A DNA stretch of 64,000 nucleotides from Longimicrobiales bacterium (GCA_965204735.1 OZ242008.1:224001-288000), one strand, 5' to 3'. Shown: positions 8,467 to 19,176, counted from the stretch's first letter. Program-made: numbers and translations. The notes: generated by a model from the sequence alone, not told the origin.

Positions 8467-11400
8467 ATGTGCCCCGTTCCTCTTCCCCGACCCGCCGCCG
8501 CTCGACCTGACCCAGGAGCAGCTTGCGGCACGGCTGCTGGTCACGCCGCTGACCGTCCACCGCTGGGAGGCCGGCCACTCCAAGCCCCGGCGGCTGGCCC
8601 TGGATCGCCTCCGCCAACTGGAAGAGGAGGTCTCCACGGCGCAGGCCGCTGCCGCTTCGGCCGACGCCCCTTGGTCCGGCGATTCGCCACTTCCCGGCCC
8701 GGACGGCCCCGGCGCCGCTCCGCCCCTCGACTTCAACGGGGACCCCGACGCCGTCTCGGCCGTGGCCGAAGCGCTGCGACTGGAGTACGGACACCAGTTC
8801 AACCCGGCGTTCGCCAGCGAGATCTCGCGGATCGACCCGTTGCCGCACCAGCGGATCGCGGTCTACGAGCACATGCTGCCGCAGGACCCGCTCCGCTTTC
8901 TTCTTGCCGACGACGCGGGGGCGGGGAAGACAATCATGACCGGACTGGTCGTGCGCGACATGCTCTCGCGCGGCCGCATCCGTCGCGTGCTGATCTCGCC
9001 CCCGGCAGGGCTGGTCGGCAACTGGGAGCGAGAGTTGCGGTCGCTCTTTCGCCTGCCGTTCAGGATCGTGAGCGGGCCGGACGTGACGGCGGCGACCCGG
9101 ACCGGCGCTGGCCGTCAACCCGGCAGCCCGTTCCAGGGAAGAGCGGGCGACTTGGCGATCGTCTCGATCGACACGCTGGCGGGCGAAGGCGTCTTCGCCG
9201 CGCTCCGCGACCCCGAAGTGGAACCCTACGACCTGATCGTCTTCGACGAAGCGCACAAGCTGGCGGCGTCCACCGACAACCGGCGCACGCGCAAGACATG
9301 GCGGTACCGGCTGGCGGAGGCGCTGGCCGGCTGCCCGTCCCCGCACGCCCGGTACTCGGGACTCGGCTGGTCCGCCCGCCATCTGTTGCTGCTCACGGCC
9401 ACGCCCCACATGGGCAAGGACTCGCCCTACCATCATCTGTGGCGGCTGCTGGACCCCCACGTCTTCGCGACCGGCGAAGCGTTCCGGCGCTTCCCGCAAC
9501 GCGAGCGGGGCCGCCACTTCCTCCGGCGAACCAAAGAGGAGACGCGCGACCTGGAGGGCCGCCCGCTCTACCGCAAGCGCTCCTGCGACACCTTCAGCTA
9601 CGAGCTCGCCCCCGGCCCCGACGGCGAGCAGGCCCTCTACGACGCCACGACCGACTACCTCCGTCACGTCTACGGCCAAGCGCCGGGCGGCGGCGCGGTC
9701 CGCTTGGCGATGGGCGTCTTTCAACGGCGGTTGGCCAGCTCGTCGTGGGCGCTGCTGCGCTCCTTCGAGCGACGGGCGGCCAAGCTGGCGGAGACGGCCG
9801 AGGGCCTGCGATCCGGCGTGCTCGCCCCCTCCGACGTGAACCGCAGCCGACGATACCTCGACCGCCGGTACCCGACCGACTACTTCGACGCCCACGGTGC
9901 CGACGAAGACGTGGCGGACGACGCCTCGGGCTCGACGGCGCTCGGCGGTCCCGCAGAAGGCCACGAGGACTTCGAGGCGGCCGTGCTGGGCGCGGTCGTC
10001 TCCGCCGACATCGAGGACCTGGAGCGCGAGATCGAGGTCGTGAACGAACTGGCCGCCCGGGCCAAGGCGGTCGTCGATTCCGGCCGCGAATCCAAGTTCG
10101 AGAAGTTGCGCGAGGTGCTGGAGGACCCCGCCCACGCCTCGGAGAAGTGGCTGATCTTCACCGAGCACCGGGACACGATGGACTACCTTGTGCGCCGCCT
10201 CGAAGGGCTGGGCCACGCGGGCCGGGTCGCGTGCGTCCACGGCGGCATGGCCTGGCCCGAGCGAGAGCGTCAAGTCGAGCACTTCCGCGACCCCGCGGGC
10301 GCCCGCTACCTGGTCGCCACCGACGCCGCCGGCGAGGGGATGAACCTCCAGTTCTGCGCCTTCATGGCGAACTACGACATCCCGTGGAACCCGGCGCGGC
10401 TGGAGCAGCGCATGGGCCGCATCCATCGCTACGGCCAGAAGCGCGACGTGCGCATCGTCAACTTGGTGGCGGGCAGCACGCGCGAAGGCCGGGTCCTGCA
10501 GGTGCTGCTCGAAAAGCTCGAAGCCGTGCGGCGGGAGCTGGCCTCCGAAAAGGTGTTCGACGTGATCGGGCGGCTCTTCGAGGACGCTTCGCTCAAGGAC
10601 TACATGATGGAGGCGATCGCCGACGCCGACGCCGACGCCGAGCAACAGGTGATCGAGCGGGTCGGCGCCGCCCTGGACGGCGGGCGGGTGCGGGCGGTGG
10701 CGGAGGCGGACGCGCGCACCTACGGTCCGCCGGGAGACGTGGCCGGCCGACTCGACGGCCTTCGGGACGACATGGAGCGGGAGCATTACCTGCGGCGGCT
10801 GCCCGCCTACGTCCGGTGCTTCGTGGAGAAGAGCGCGGCCCTGCTGGGCCTGGACGTGCAGGGCGACCTGGACGGCTGGTTCAGCTTGGCGCCCAAGCGT
10901 CCCGGGGCGCTCGATCCGCTGTTGCCGGCGCTGGACGGCTATCCGGTGGAGGCGCGCGCGCGGTTGAGCGTGCGTCGCGCAAAGTCCGACGCCGAGGACG
11001 GCATCTGGCTGCACCCCGGCGAGCCTGTCTTCGACGCCCTGCGCGAGCACGTCTTGCGCACCTTTGCCCCGGACGCCCTGCGCGGCGGCATCTTCATCGA
11101 CCCCCACGCGAAGGAGCCCTATCTATCTGGTCCATCTGGCCCTCGCGTCGGTGCAACTGGAGTCGCGTGGGAACGGCGACGGCTGTCCGTCCGATTCGCC
11201 GGTGCTCGAACGCCGCCTGCTGGCGGTGCGGCAAGAGGCGGACGGCCCGCCCATGGCAAGCGACGTCGACCAGCTCCTGCTGTTTCAGAGCGCCGGACAC
11301 GTGCCACCGGGATCTGTGCCTCTGGCGGCTCGCGGAATCGGAATGCGGGCCAACGCGGCGACCTACCTGGAGCATCTGACCCGGGACCGCTTGGTCGGCG

Positions 11401-12098
11401 ACCGACGGAAAGCCCTGGAGGGCGAGCTTCCCGAGCGCCGTCGTCGGGTGCGGGTGGGGTTCGACCTCCGCGCGGCCGACCTGGCGTCCCGCCGCATTCA
11501 GCTGGCCGCCAAGGAAGGCGCCGCCGACGATGTTGCGGCGGTCAAGCTCGCCCAGCGCGATCTCGTGGCGGAGAAGACGGAGGCGCTGGCGGAGCTCGAG
11601 GCCGCGCCAAGCCGGATCGCGGCCGGGGAGGTCCAGTTCGTCGTCCACGCGCTGGCCGTGCCCGCCACCAGCAGCGACGAGATCGACCAGTACGACGAGC
11701 GCGTCGAGCAGATCGCCGTGCGGACCGCTGTCGCGTGGGAGGAGGAGCGGGGCTCGGTCGTGCAGGACGTGAGCAAGCCCGCCCTTGCCCGCGCAGCCGG
11801 TCTTCCCGACTCCCCCGGCTTCGACCTCCTCGCCAGGATGCCGAACGGAGGGGCCCGACGCATCGAAGTGAAGGGCCGCCGGGACCGGGGCGGCGTGCAC
11901 GTAACCGGCAACGAATGGACCCAGGCGTGCCATCTGGCCGACAGCTACTGGCTCTATGTAGTTTGGAACTGCGCGACGCCCGAGCCGACCATGGTCCGCA
12001 TCCAGGACCCCTTCGCCAAGCTGCTCGCCAGCGAGCGTGCCTCGACCACCTACACGATCTCCCCCAAGTCCCTGCTGGACGCGGCGGAGCCAACCTGA
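8467..12098 (+). pseudogene. XRE-HTH / SNF2 helicase / DUF3883 nuclease fusion, frameshifted at ~11120 and probably also near the start
   Basis: LTQEQLAARLLVTPLTVHRWE (HTH); LLADDAGAGKT, DEAH, LLLTATPH, EQRMGRIHRYGQ; DUF3883-like GFDLL..IEVKGR..NEW..YWLYVV lies in the +1 frame (ORF 11064..12098); TATC duplication at 11120-11127. Confidence 0.8.
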
Positions 12099-12117
12099 AC
12101 AGGGAAGGAGAGGAAGC

Positions 12118-12534
12118 GTGGGAGCCGTTCATGTGGACGTGACGATCCGGAACCCAGCCGATCCGTCGAGGAGTTGGCGGAGCCGGTTCCTGGCGGGCAC
12201 GGGAGCGACGAACACGATGGTCCCTCCCGAGTGCATTGAGGCAGTCGGCCTAGCGTCCGACGGGCGGCGCGTGCATCTGCTGGCCGACGGTCGCCGGGTG
12301 GAAGCGGACGTCGCCGTGGCCAAGATCGAATTCCTGGACGAGTTCGTCGGCGGAACGGTCGTTACCGGCGAACCGGATTCGGAGCCCCTTCTCGGCCTAA
12401 CCGCCCTGCGATCCATGGGCGTGGAAGTGGACGCTGCCCGCCAGGAGTTGCGGAAGCTCCCGGCTGTGCCGTTGAAGCCCGTCCGTCGTCTACCGCGGAT
12501 CGCGGGCCCGGCTGGCTGTTCGCCGAAAAGGTAA
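12118..12534 (+). CDS. Clan AA (retropepsin-like) aspartic protease homologue with the catalytic Asp replaced
   Basis: GTG with AAGGAG RBS; FLAGTGAT at the FLVDTGA position; PLLGLTAL; GVEVD. Confidence 0.75.
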   Translation: MGAVHVDVTIRNPADPSRSWRSRFLAGTGATNTMVPPECIEAVGLASDGRRVHLLADGRRVEADVAVAKIEFLDEFVGGTVVTGEPDSEPLLGLTALRSMGVEVDAARQELRKLPAVPLKPVRRLPRIAGPAGCSPKR

Positions 12535-12538
12535 TCGC

Positions 12539-14650
12539 ATGGCCATCCACTACACTATGCCCATCTCCGCCTTCGTTGTGGACAAGCTTGGGGTGAAGCT
12601 CTACGACAAGGCCTCCGCGGTGATCGCCGAGTTGATCTCGAATTCATACGATGCCGACGCCCGCTCAGTCGTCGTCCGCGCGCCGATGGGCCAATACTTG
12701 GCATCACGTGCGGGGGGCGTTCTGACTGATAAAGGCTTCACCATCGAGGTTGATGACAATGGCACGGGGATGACGCCCGATCAGATGCAAGCCTTTTTCC
12801 TCCCCGTAGGCACCGAACGCCGAGATGATCCGCACCGTGGATCCACTTCTCCGATTTTCAAGAGAATGGTCATGGGTCGCAAGGGCGTTGGCAAGCTTGC
12901 CCCCTTCGGCATATGCAAGATTATTGAAGTGATCAGTGCCGGCGGCGAGGAGCGTAGCCGCAAGCTGCCCGACGGTACAGAATCAAGCGGCTACCTCACT
13001 TCGCATGTAATTTTGGACTATGATGAGATCAAGGCGTTAGGTATGCACCCGGAGCGTACCTATGAACCAACCCCCGGTGACCGGGACGGGACACTCTCTG
13101 ACGAGCCGGGCACCACAGTACGGCTTCGCAACTTCAGCTTCCGGCGAGTCCCGACCATTGACGTCCTGGCAAGCCAGATTGCGCAGCGATTTGGCATCCG
13201 CCGCCAGGATTGGCGAATCACGCTCCATGACACTGATGCGGATGTTGCCGAGCCGCAACGGGAAGTCGGCAAATTCGACGTGAAGGTGATGCCGGGCACG
13301 AGGGTGGTCTTTGATCCCAGCTCCACAGCCCGGAGCGCGGTCGGTCCAGACGGCAACGCACTTCCCCGCCTTCAAGCTGGCTTTGACCTTGACGGCGAAT
13401 TTTATGAAATCGATGGGTGGCTTGCCTACTCCAAGGCTCCATACAGAGACGATCTGATGGCTGGCATCCGAATCTACTGCCGTGGGAAGATCGCAGCGCA
13501 GACATCGGTATTCGATAGATCGGCCGGATTCACAGGAGAGCACAACGTACGGTCGTACTTGGTGGGCGAACTTCATGCAGACTGGTTGGACAGGGACGAC
13601 GACCTGATCCAAACCGACCGTCGCGACATTTTGTGGTCGGACCGTCTCGGGGAGAGGTTCCAGAAGTGGGGTCAAGAGGCTGTTGGATGCATGGGAAAGA
13701 TCGCTCGGGATCCTGCGAGAAAAGCGATTCTAGAATTGTTCTGGGCTACTGGCAATGTAGAGGAACACATTCTCAGTCACTTTCCGGGAGACCGTCAGGA
13801 GGCCATCAGGGACAACGCCGAGGAGCTTGCCAAGAGCTTCGGGCGCACGTTCAATCGAGCTGACGCGGAAGATCGAGCTGTAGTCCGGCGGTTCGTGAAC
13901 ATCAGCATCCTTCTTGCTCCTCATATCACCCTCGATCGCATGATGCAGGAGGCTGCGAGCAGAGCAGATGCACCAGTGGATGTCCTCAGTGGATTCTTGC
14001 GTACTGCCCGGATCGCGGAACTCTCCTCGTTTGGTCAAATAGCGGAAAACCGGATCAAGGTAATTCAACAACTTGACGCATCCAGGGCGGACTACGACGA
14101 CCACGAATCGACGTTGCAACAACTGATAGAGAACGCGCCTTGGCTGGTCAGACCTGACTGGGCCCCTGTGACTGCCAATCAGACGCTTGGTCGGCTGAAG
14201 AAGGAATTCGAGCGGTACTACAATGAACAGGAGAAGACGTCCGTAACTTTGCAGGACTTCGAAGAAACCGGCCGGAGACCGGACTTTGTGTTATTTGGCC
14301 AGGACAAGACGATTCAGATCATTGAGATCAAGCGGCCTGGACACGCTTTCACCAACAAGGAGATGGACAGGATTGCATCCTACTACCGCTGCATGCAAGC
14401 GTTCTTGAAGGAGCCCGGCAACGAAGGATTCGCCGATCGGTATGGTGACTTCCACATAACGTTGGTCTGTGACAAGCTGCGAATCGACGGGGTGCACGAA
14501 GACGCATTCGAAAGATATAGGGATCAACAGCGGCTGACACATCTGAATTGGAAGAGCTTTCTGGTGAGAACCGAAGACTTGCATCGCGACTTCCTTGACG
14601 AGGCGGAACGCCAGAAGCGTTTGGCCGTCGCCGATCAGGAGGCCGTATGA
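12539..14650 (+). CDS. MORC/GHKL ATPase with C-terminal PD-(D/E)xK nuclease-like domain
   Basis: ELISNSYDADA, DDNGTGM, GRKGVGK; RPDFVLFG...IIEIKRP. Confidence 0.8.
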   Translation: MAIHYTMPISAFVVDKLGVKLYDKASAVIAELISNSYDADARSVVVRAPMGQYLASRAGGVLTDKGFTIEVDDNGTGMTPDQMQAFFLPVGTERRDDPHRGSTSPIFKRMVMGRKGVGKLAPFGICKIIEVISAGGEERSRKLPDGTESSGYLTSHVILDYDEIKALGMHPERTYEPTPGDRDGTLSDEPGTTVRLRNFSFRRVPTIDVLASQIAQRFGIRRQDWRITLHDTDADVAEPQREVGKFDVKVMPGTRVVFDPSSTARSAVGPDGNALPRLQAGFDLDGEFYEIDGWLAYSKAPYRDDLMAGIRIYCRGKIAAQTSVFDRSAGFTGEHNVRSYLVGELHADWLDRDDDLIQTDRRDILWSDRLGERFQKWGQEAVGCMGKIARDPARKAILELFWATGNVEEHILSHFPGDRQEAIRDNAEELAKSFGRTFNRADAEDRAVVRRFVNISILLAPHITLDRMMQEAASRADAPVDVLSGFLRTARIAELSSFGQIAENRIKVIQQLDASRADYDDHESTLQQLIENAPWLVRPDWAPVTANQTLGRLKKEFERYYNEQEKTSVTLQDFEETGRRPDFVLFGQDKTIQIIEIKRPGHAFTNKEMDRIASYYRCMQAFLKEPGNEGFADRYGDFHITLVCDKLRIDGVHEDAFERYRDQQRLTHLNWKSFLVRTEDLHRDFLDEAERQKRLAVADQEAV

Positions 14651-15726
14651 GGACGACAGCCGTAGACCTGTTTTCCGGCGGAGGAGGGCTTACGCTTGGA
14701 ATGATGCGCGCAGGGTTCGACGTCGTGGCCGCCGTCGAGGTGGACAAGAGCGCATGTGCGACGTATGGGGCAAATCATCACGACGTATCTGCTTTGCAGG
14801 CCGACATTAGGACTCTAGACCAGCAAGACGTTGTTGGGCGGGTCGATGGAAGGCAGATAGACCTTCTTGCTGGATGTCCGCCGTGTCAGGGTTTCACGAG
14901 CCTTAGTGCTCGATACAAGAAAGACGATCCGCGGAATCAGCTGGTGCTCGAGTTGGCTCGGCTCGCAGAGGAGCTTCGACCTCGGGCGATCATGTTGGAG
15001 AACGTTCCGGGGCTTGCTGGGACTCAGATTTACCGGGAACTCTGGCGGCGACTCCATGCGGCGGGTTATCACCTTGCCGACCAAGTGCTCCAAGTAGCTG
15101 ACTATGGGGTGCCGCAGAGCCGTCGCCGTTTGGTGTTGCTGGGTGGGCGTGGTTTTGGAATCGCGATGCCGCAGCCGACACATTCTCGAAAAGCAGGTTG
15201 TGGAACGGCACATTGGCGAACCGTGAGGGATGCGATTGGTCACATGCCGCGGAATCCACCGACGCTGATTGAGGCGAGAAGTAGTGGAGGCGTTCGAGGG
15301 GCGAACTGGCACGTCGTGCGCTCGCTGTCACGGGCTAACGTTGCCAGAGTTCGAGCGGCGCGGCCGGGGAGGACGTGGCCGCACTTGCCGGAACAGTTGC
15401 GGCCGAAGTGTCATCGCGGGGACTATACGGGATACACGAACGTGTACGGTCGCATGGAGTGGGATCGGCCGTCGCCCACGATCACTGGCGGTTGCACCAC
15501 GCTGAGCAAGGGGAGGTTCGGGCATCCAGAGGAGGACCGCACGATTTCCGTCCGCGAGGCGGCGCTGCTTCAGACCTTTCCCGAGGACTACGTTTTTGAT
15601 ACGCCGTACATGGAACATGTCTGCAGCATTATTGGCAATGCGCTACCGTGCGACTTCGCCGAGGTGGTGGCACGACAGTGCTATGAAGCGTTGGACAGGC
15701 GCAGCGGCGGCAGCGTGGAGGCGTAA
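14647..15726 (+). CDS. dcm: DNA (cytosine-5)-methyltransferase
   Basis: DLFSGGGG, GCPPCQGF, ENVPG, PQSRRR, REAALLQTFP, IGNA; ATGA overlap with upstream gene. Confidence 0.93.
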   Translation: MRTTAVDLFSGGGGLTLGMMRAGFDVVAAVEVDKSACATYGANHHDVSALQADIRTLDQQDVVGRVDGRQIDLLAGCPPCQGFTSLSARYKKDDPRNQLVLELARLAEELRPRAIMLENVPGLAGTQIYRELWRRLHAAGYHLADQVLQVADYGVPQSRRRLVLLGGRGFGIAMPQPTHSRKAGCGTAHWRTVRDAIGHMPRNPPTLIEARSSGGVRGANWHVVRSLSRANVARVRAARPGRTWPHLPEQLRPKCHRGDYTGYTNVYGRMEWDRPSPTITGGCTTLSKGRFGHPEEDRTISVREAALLQTFPEDYVFDTPYMEHVCSIIGNALPCDFAEVVARQCYEALDRRSGGSVEA

Positions 15727-15736
15727 GAGGTAGTGG

Positions 15737-18700
15737 ATGCCGCCTGACCGCCGCCTGATCGAGGCTGCCTTCCCCGTCAAGCAGGTATCCCTCGACTCGG
15801 TTCACGAGAAGAACGTTCGGCACGGGCACATCTCGACGCTTCACATTTGGCCGGCGCGGCGGCCGCTGGCAGCCAGCCGGGCGGCGTTGCTGGCAACGTT
15901 GTTGCCGGAGCCGAAGGGGCGGAAGACAAGGTACGAGTTGCTCCGCCACATGGCAGGGACAGTTGTCGAGGTCACAAACTCGTCGGGGGAGGTGACGCGG
16001 GAGGAGACCAGGGACGGCATCTTTCGATGGGGAAGGGAGGGGCGCGTCCAGGCCGACGACAAGACGCTCGGGCGGATCGAGGCGTACCGGCGCGATGTGG
16101 AGGATGTCTTCGAAGGGCGGGCGCCTCGGGTGCTCGATCCGTTTGCCGGCGGCGGCGCGATCCCGCTGGAGGCGATGCGGCTGGGGTGCGATGCGGTGGC
16201 GGCGGACCTCAGCCCGGTGGCTTGGTTCATCTTGCGCTGCACGCTCCACTACCCGCGGTTGGTTGGCGGAGAGCAGCGGCCGTTTCCGGCGTTTGCGCTT
16301 CGCGACCGGGACTTTGCGGAGAAGTTCTTGAAGGCTCGGGGGCTGAAGAGCCGTGCAGCCCTCAAGGAAGGGCTCGCGACGCTCGGCGATGTCGAGGACC
16401 AGCCGGCAGAGTTGCTGGCGTCCGCAACCGACGTTTCGCCCGACATGCCGGCCAGCTTTGCTTGGCACCTCCGGGCATGGGGCGGCTGGGTGCTCGCCCG
16501 GGCGCGGAAGCGGCTTGCGTCCCGCTATCACACGTACGCGGAGTTCGAGCCCGTGCGTCGGAAGGGCAGGCGACGTGCCAACGCCGGACCGGAGAAGCGC
16601 TACAAGGCAAGGCCGGCGCAGCTGCTCAATCCCGACCATGAAGGCCGAGTGTCGCCCGATGCGCTCAACGCCGAGTTCGACTCGTACTACCTGAAGGACG
16701 AGGACAATCCGCGGTGGGTCGCCAAGCCGACGGTCGCGTACCTCTGGGCGCGGACGACGCGCTGCGCCTCTTGCCGGGCTGAGGTGCCGCTGCTCAAGAC
16801 GCGCTGGCTGTGCAAGAAGGCAAGAAAGCGCGTTCGGCTGACGATGACGGCGGGCGAAGACGGCGTGGTCTTCGGCGTTGAGAACGACGTCCCGGTCGGC
16901 CCCGGCACTCCGGCGCAGAAGCGTGCGCATGATCGGAACTTGGGCGCGGGAACGATGTCCAGCAGTGGCGTCACGTGTCCGTGCTGCGGCGTCATCGCGA
17001 CGATGTCCGACCTTCGGGTCGCCGGGCGTTCTGGACTGCTGGGCGAGCGCTTGACCGCCGTCGTCGTGGACGGCCAGCAGGGCAAGGAGTACCGAGCGCC
17101 AGCCGCCGACGAACTGCGAGCAGCGCATGTTGACGAGGCGGTGCTGGAATCGGCGTTTGCGGGCGTCCCGTTCGGCTTGCCGGACGAGCCGACGCCAAGC
17201 GAAGGCAGCTTGGGCATCCGAACTACCCGCTACGGCTTCGACACTTGGCGGAAGCTCTTCACGAACCGCCAGTTGCTGGCGTTGGGCACGCTGGTCCAGG
17301 AGATCCGCCGTTGCTCCGACGAGATGGCGGATCACTACCCGCTGGAATGGCGCGAAGCCCTGACCGCCTTCCTCGGCCTTACCCTGAGCAAGTTTACCGA
17401 CTACAGCAGCTCTTTATGTTCCTGGCACAATAGTGGCGAGAAACTAAGGAGCACCTTTGCCCGCTTTGCATTGCCGATGGTTTGGGACTACTGCGAAGTC
17501 AATCCCTTATCCAAGACAACCGGGGGCGTCAGTGCCATGACCGAGTGGGTCGCCCGCGTCGCCGAGCACCTGGACGACGCGACCGCTGGCGCGCCCATGC
17601 CCCAAGTGCTGTGCCAGTCCGCCATGGGGCCGCTCCCCGATTCCTTCGACGTCATCTGCACCGACCCGCCGTACTACGACGCCATCCCGTACTCGGACCT
17701 GATGGACTTCTTCCACGTGTGGCTGCGGCGGACGCTGCACGGACTCTCGCCCGAGACCGACGAAGCCTTCGCTGATCCGCTGGGTCCGAAGTGGGACGCG
17801 GAAGCGCAAGACGGCGAGCTGATTGACGATGCGGCCCGCTTCGGCGGCGACAAGAAGGCGTCCAAGCAGAACTACGAAGACGGCATGGCGAGGGCCTTCA
17901 AGAGGTTCTGGGAGGCTCTCCGGGATGACGGCAGATTGGTGATCGTCTTCGCCAACAAGCAGCCCGACGCCTGGGAGACGCTGGTGTCGGCGCTGATCCG
18001 CGCCGGGTTCGTGGTCGTCGGTTCGTGGCCAATCCAGACCGAAATGCAGAACCGCCAGCGGTCGCTTTCGTCGGCGGCCTTGTCGTCGTCGATATGGCTG
18101 GTGTGCAGGAAGCGCCTGCGAACCGCCCGCCCCGGCTGGGACGGCCCGGTGCTCAGCGAGATGAAGCAGAAGATCACGACCCGCCTCCGCGACTTCTGGG
18201 ACGCCGGCATCCGGGGTCCCGACTTCGTCTGGGCCGCCACTGGTCCCGCGTTGGAGGCGTTCAGCAAGCACCCCGTCATCAAGAAAACGGACACGCCCAA
18301 TGAGTTCTTGGCCGTCGCCGACTTCCTCCGGCATGTTCGCCGCATGGTCGTGGGCTTCGTGGTCAGCCGGCTGTTCGGCGAGGACGACGCCCCCGTGCAG
18401 GACCTGGACGACCCGACCACCTACTACCTCTTGCACCGCAGCGACTTCGGCATGGAACCGGCGCCGGCGGGCGCGTGCATCCTCTACGCCCTCTCTTGCA
18501 ACGTCTCCGACACGGACTTGGCCGGCCGCCACGACATCCTGCTCCGAGGCGGCGACCGCCGGAGCGCGCAGACCGAAGCCGACACCCCGGACTCACCCGC
18601 CGCCGGTTCCCCGGCCGTCTCCGGCAACCAAGCTCGGCTCAAGCCCTGGAACTGCCGCCGCTCCAAGACCCTGGGCGAACCGTCGTCCACGGGCACGCCC

Positions 18701-18943
18701 CCGCCCCTGATCGACTGCCTGCACAAGCTCATGCAGCTGTGGAAGACCGGCGAGCAGTCCCGCGTCGACGCCTACTTGGACATCCGCGGCCTCTGGCGTC
18801 ACGACCTCTTCGCCAAGCTCGTGCAGGCCCTCATCGAACTGGCCCCCGCCAACTCCGAGGAGCGTGCGACCATGGAGTACATCCAGAACCACCTCCGCAT
18901 GCGGGGTCCCGTCCCCGGCGCGTACCAACCGTCCCTCCTGTAG
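15737..18943 (+). CDS. DUF1156 adenine DNA methyltransferase with Zn ribbon
   Basis: LHIWPARRPLAASRA, DPFAGGG, CASC / CPCC, TDPPYYD. Confidence 0.9.
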   Translation: MPPDRRLIEAAFPVKQVSLDSVHEKNVRHGHISTLHIWPARRPLAASRAALLATLLPEPKGRKTRYELLRHMAGTVVEVTNSSGEVTREETRDGIFRWGREGRVQADDKTLGRIEAYRRDVEDVFEGRAPRVLDPFAGGGAIPLEAMRLGCDAVAADLSPVAWFILRCTLHYPRLVGGEQRPFPAFALRDRDFAEKFLKARGLKSRAALKEGLATLGDVEDQPAELLASATDVSPDMPASFAWHLRAWGGWVLARARKRLASRYHTYAEFEPVRRKGRRRANAGPEKRYKARPAQLLNPDHEGRVSPDALNAEFDSYYLKDEDNPRWVAKPTVAYLWARTTRCASCRAEVPLLKTRWLCKKARKRVRLTMTAGEDGVVFGVENDVPVGPGTPAQKRAHDRNLGAGTMSSSGVTCPCCGVIATMSDLRVAGRSGLLGERLTAVVVDGQQGKEYRAPAADELRAAHVDEAVLESAFAGVPFGLPDEPTPSEGSLGIRTTRYGFDTWRKLFTNRQLLALGTLVQEIRRCSDEMADHYPLEWREALTAFLGLTLSKFTDYSSSLCSWHNSGEKLRSTFARFALPMVWDYCEVNPLSKTTGGVSAMTEWVARVAEHLDDATAGAPMPQVLCQSAMGPLPDSFDVICTDPPYYDAIPYSDLMDFFHVWLRRTLHGLSPETDEAFADPLGPKWDAEAQDGELIDDAARFGGDKKASKQNYEDGMARAFKRFWEALRDDGRLVIVFANKQPDAWETLVSALIRAGFVVVGSWPIQTEMQNRQRSLSSAALSSSIWLVCRKRLRTARPGWDGPVLSEMKQKITTRLRDFWDAGIRGPDFVWAATGPALEAFSKHPVIKKTDTPNEFLAVADFLRHVRRMVVGFVVSRLFGEDDAPVQDLDDPTTYYLLHRSDFGMEPAPAGACILYALSCNVSDTDLAGRHDILLRGGDRRSAQTEADTPDSPAAGSPAVSGNQARLKPWNCRRSKTLGEPSSTGTPPPLIDCLHKLMQLWKTGEQSRVDAYLDIRGLWRHDLFAKLVQALIELAPANSEERATMEYIQNHLRMRGPVPGAYQPSLL

Positions 18944-18992
18944 GTCTCCTTGACATGCCCCGAACCCGATCGACATATTCTGGTCACAGAGC

Positions 18993-19127
18993 TTGTTCGT
19001 GAGCGTGCTGACGATGGGCGAGCTTCGCAGGGGCGCCGAGCACCTGAGCGGGCGGAGACGCCGCAACGTCGAGGACTTCGAACCGACGGGCCTCGACCTG
19101 CTGAACCCTTGGGTCCCGTCGTGCTAG
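18993..19127 (+). pseudogene. Internally deleted VapC/PIN toxin remnant
   Basis: Own translation: LFVSVLTMGELRRGAEHLSGRRRRNVEDFEPTGLDLLNPWVPSC*; matches VapC segments LSVLTLGELRKG and TRNVKDF..TG..LLNPW. Confidence 0.7.
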
Positions 19128-19176
19128 CCCGTCGTCACGCCGCCCCGGCCTGCGAGCATGGGGAGAGGGGCGGGCC

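Noticed and set aside
11128..12142. C-terminal ~340 aa of the 1277-aa ORF
   Set aside because: Out-of-frame read-through after the TATC duplication; the true sequence is in the +1 frame
19123..19131. GCTAGCCCG resembling the IS1634 end
   Set aside because: Only 9 bp and no partner end
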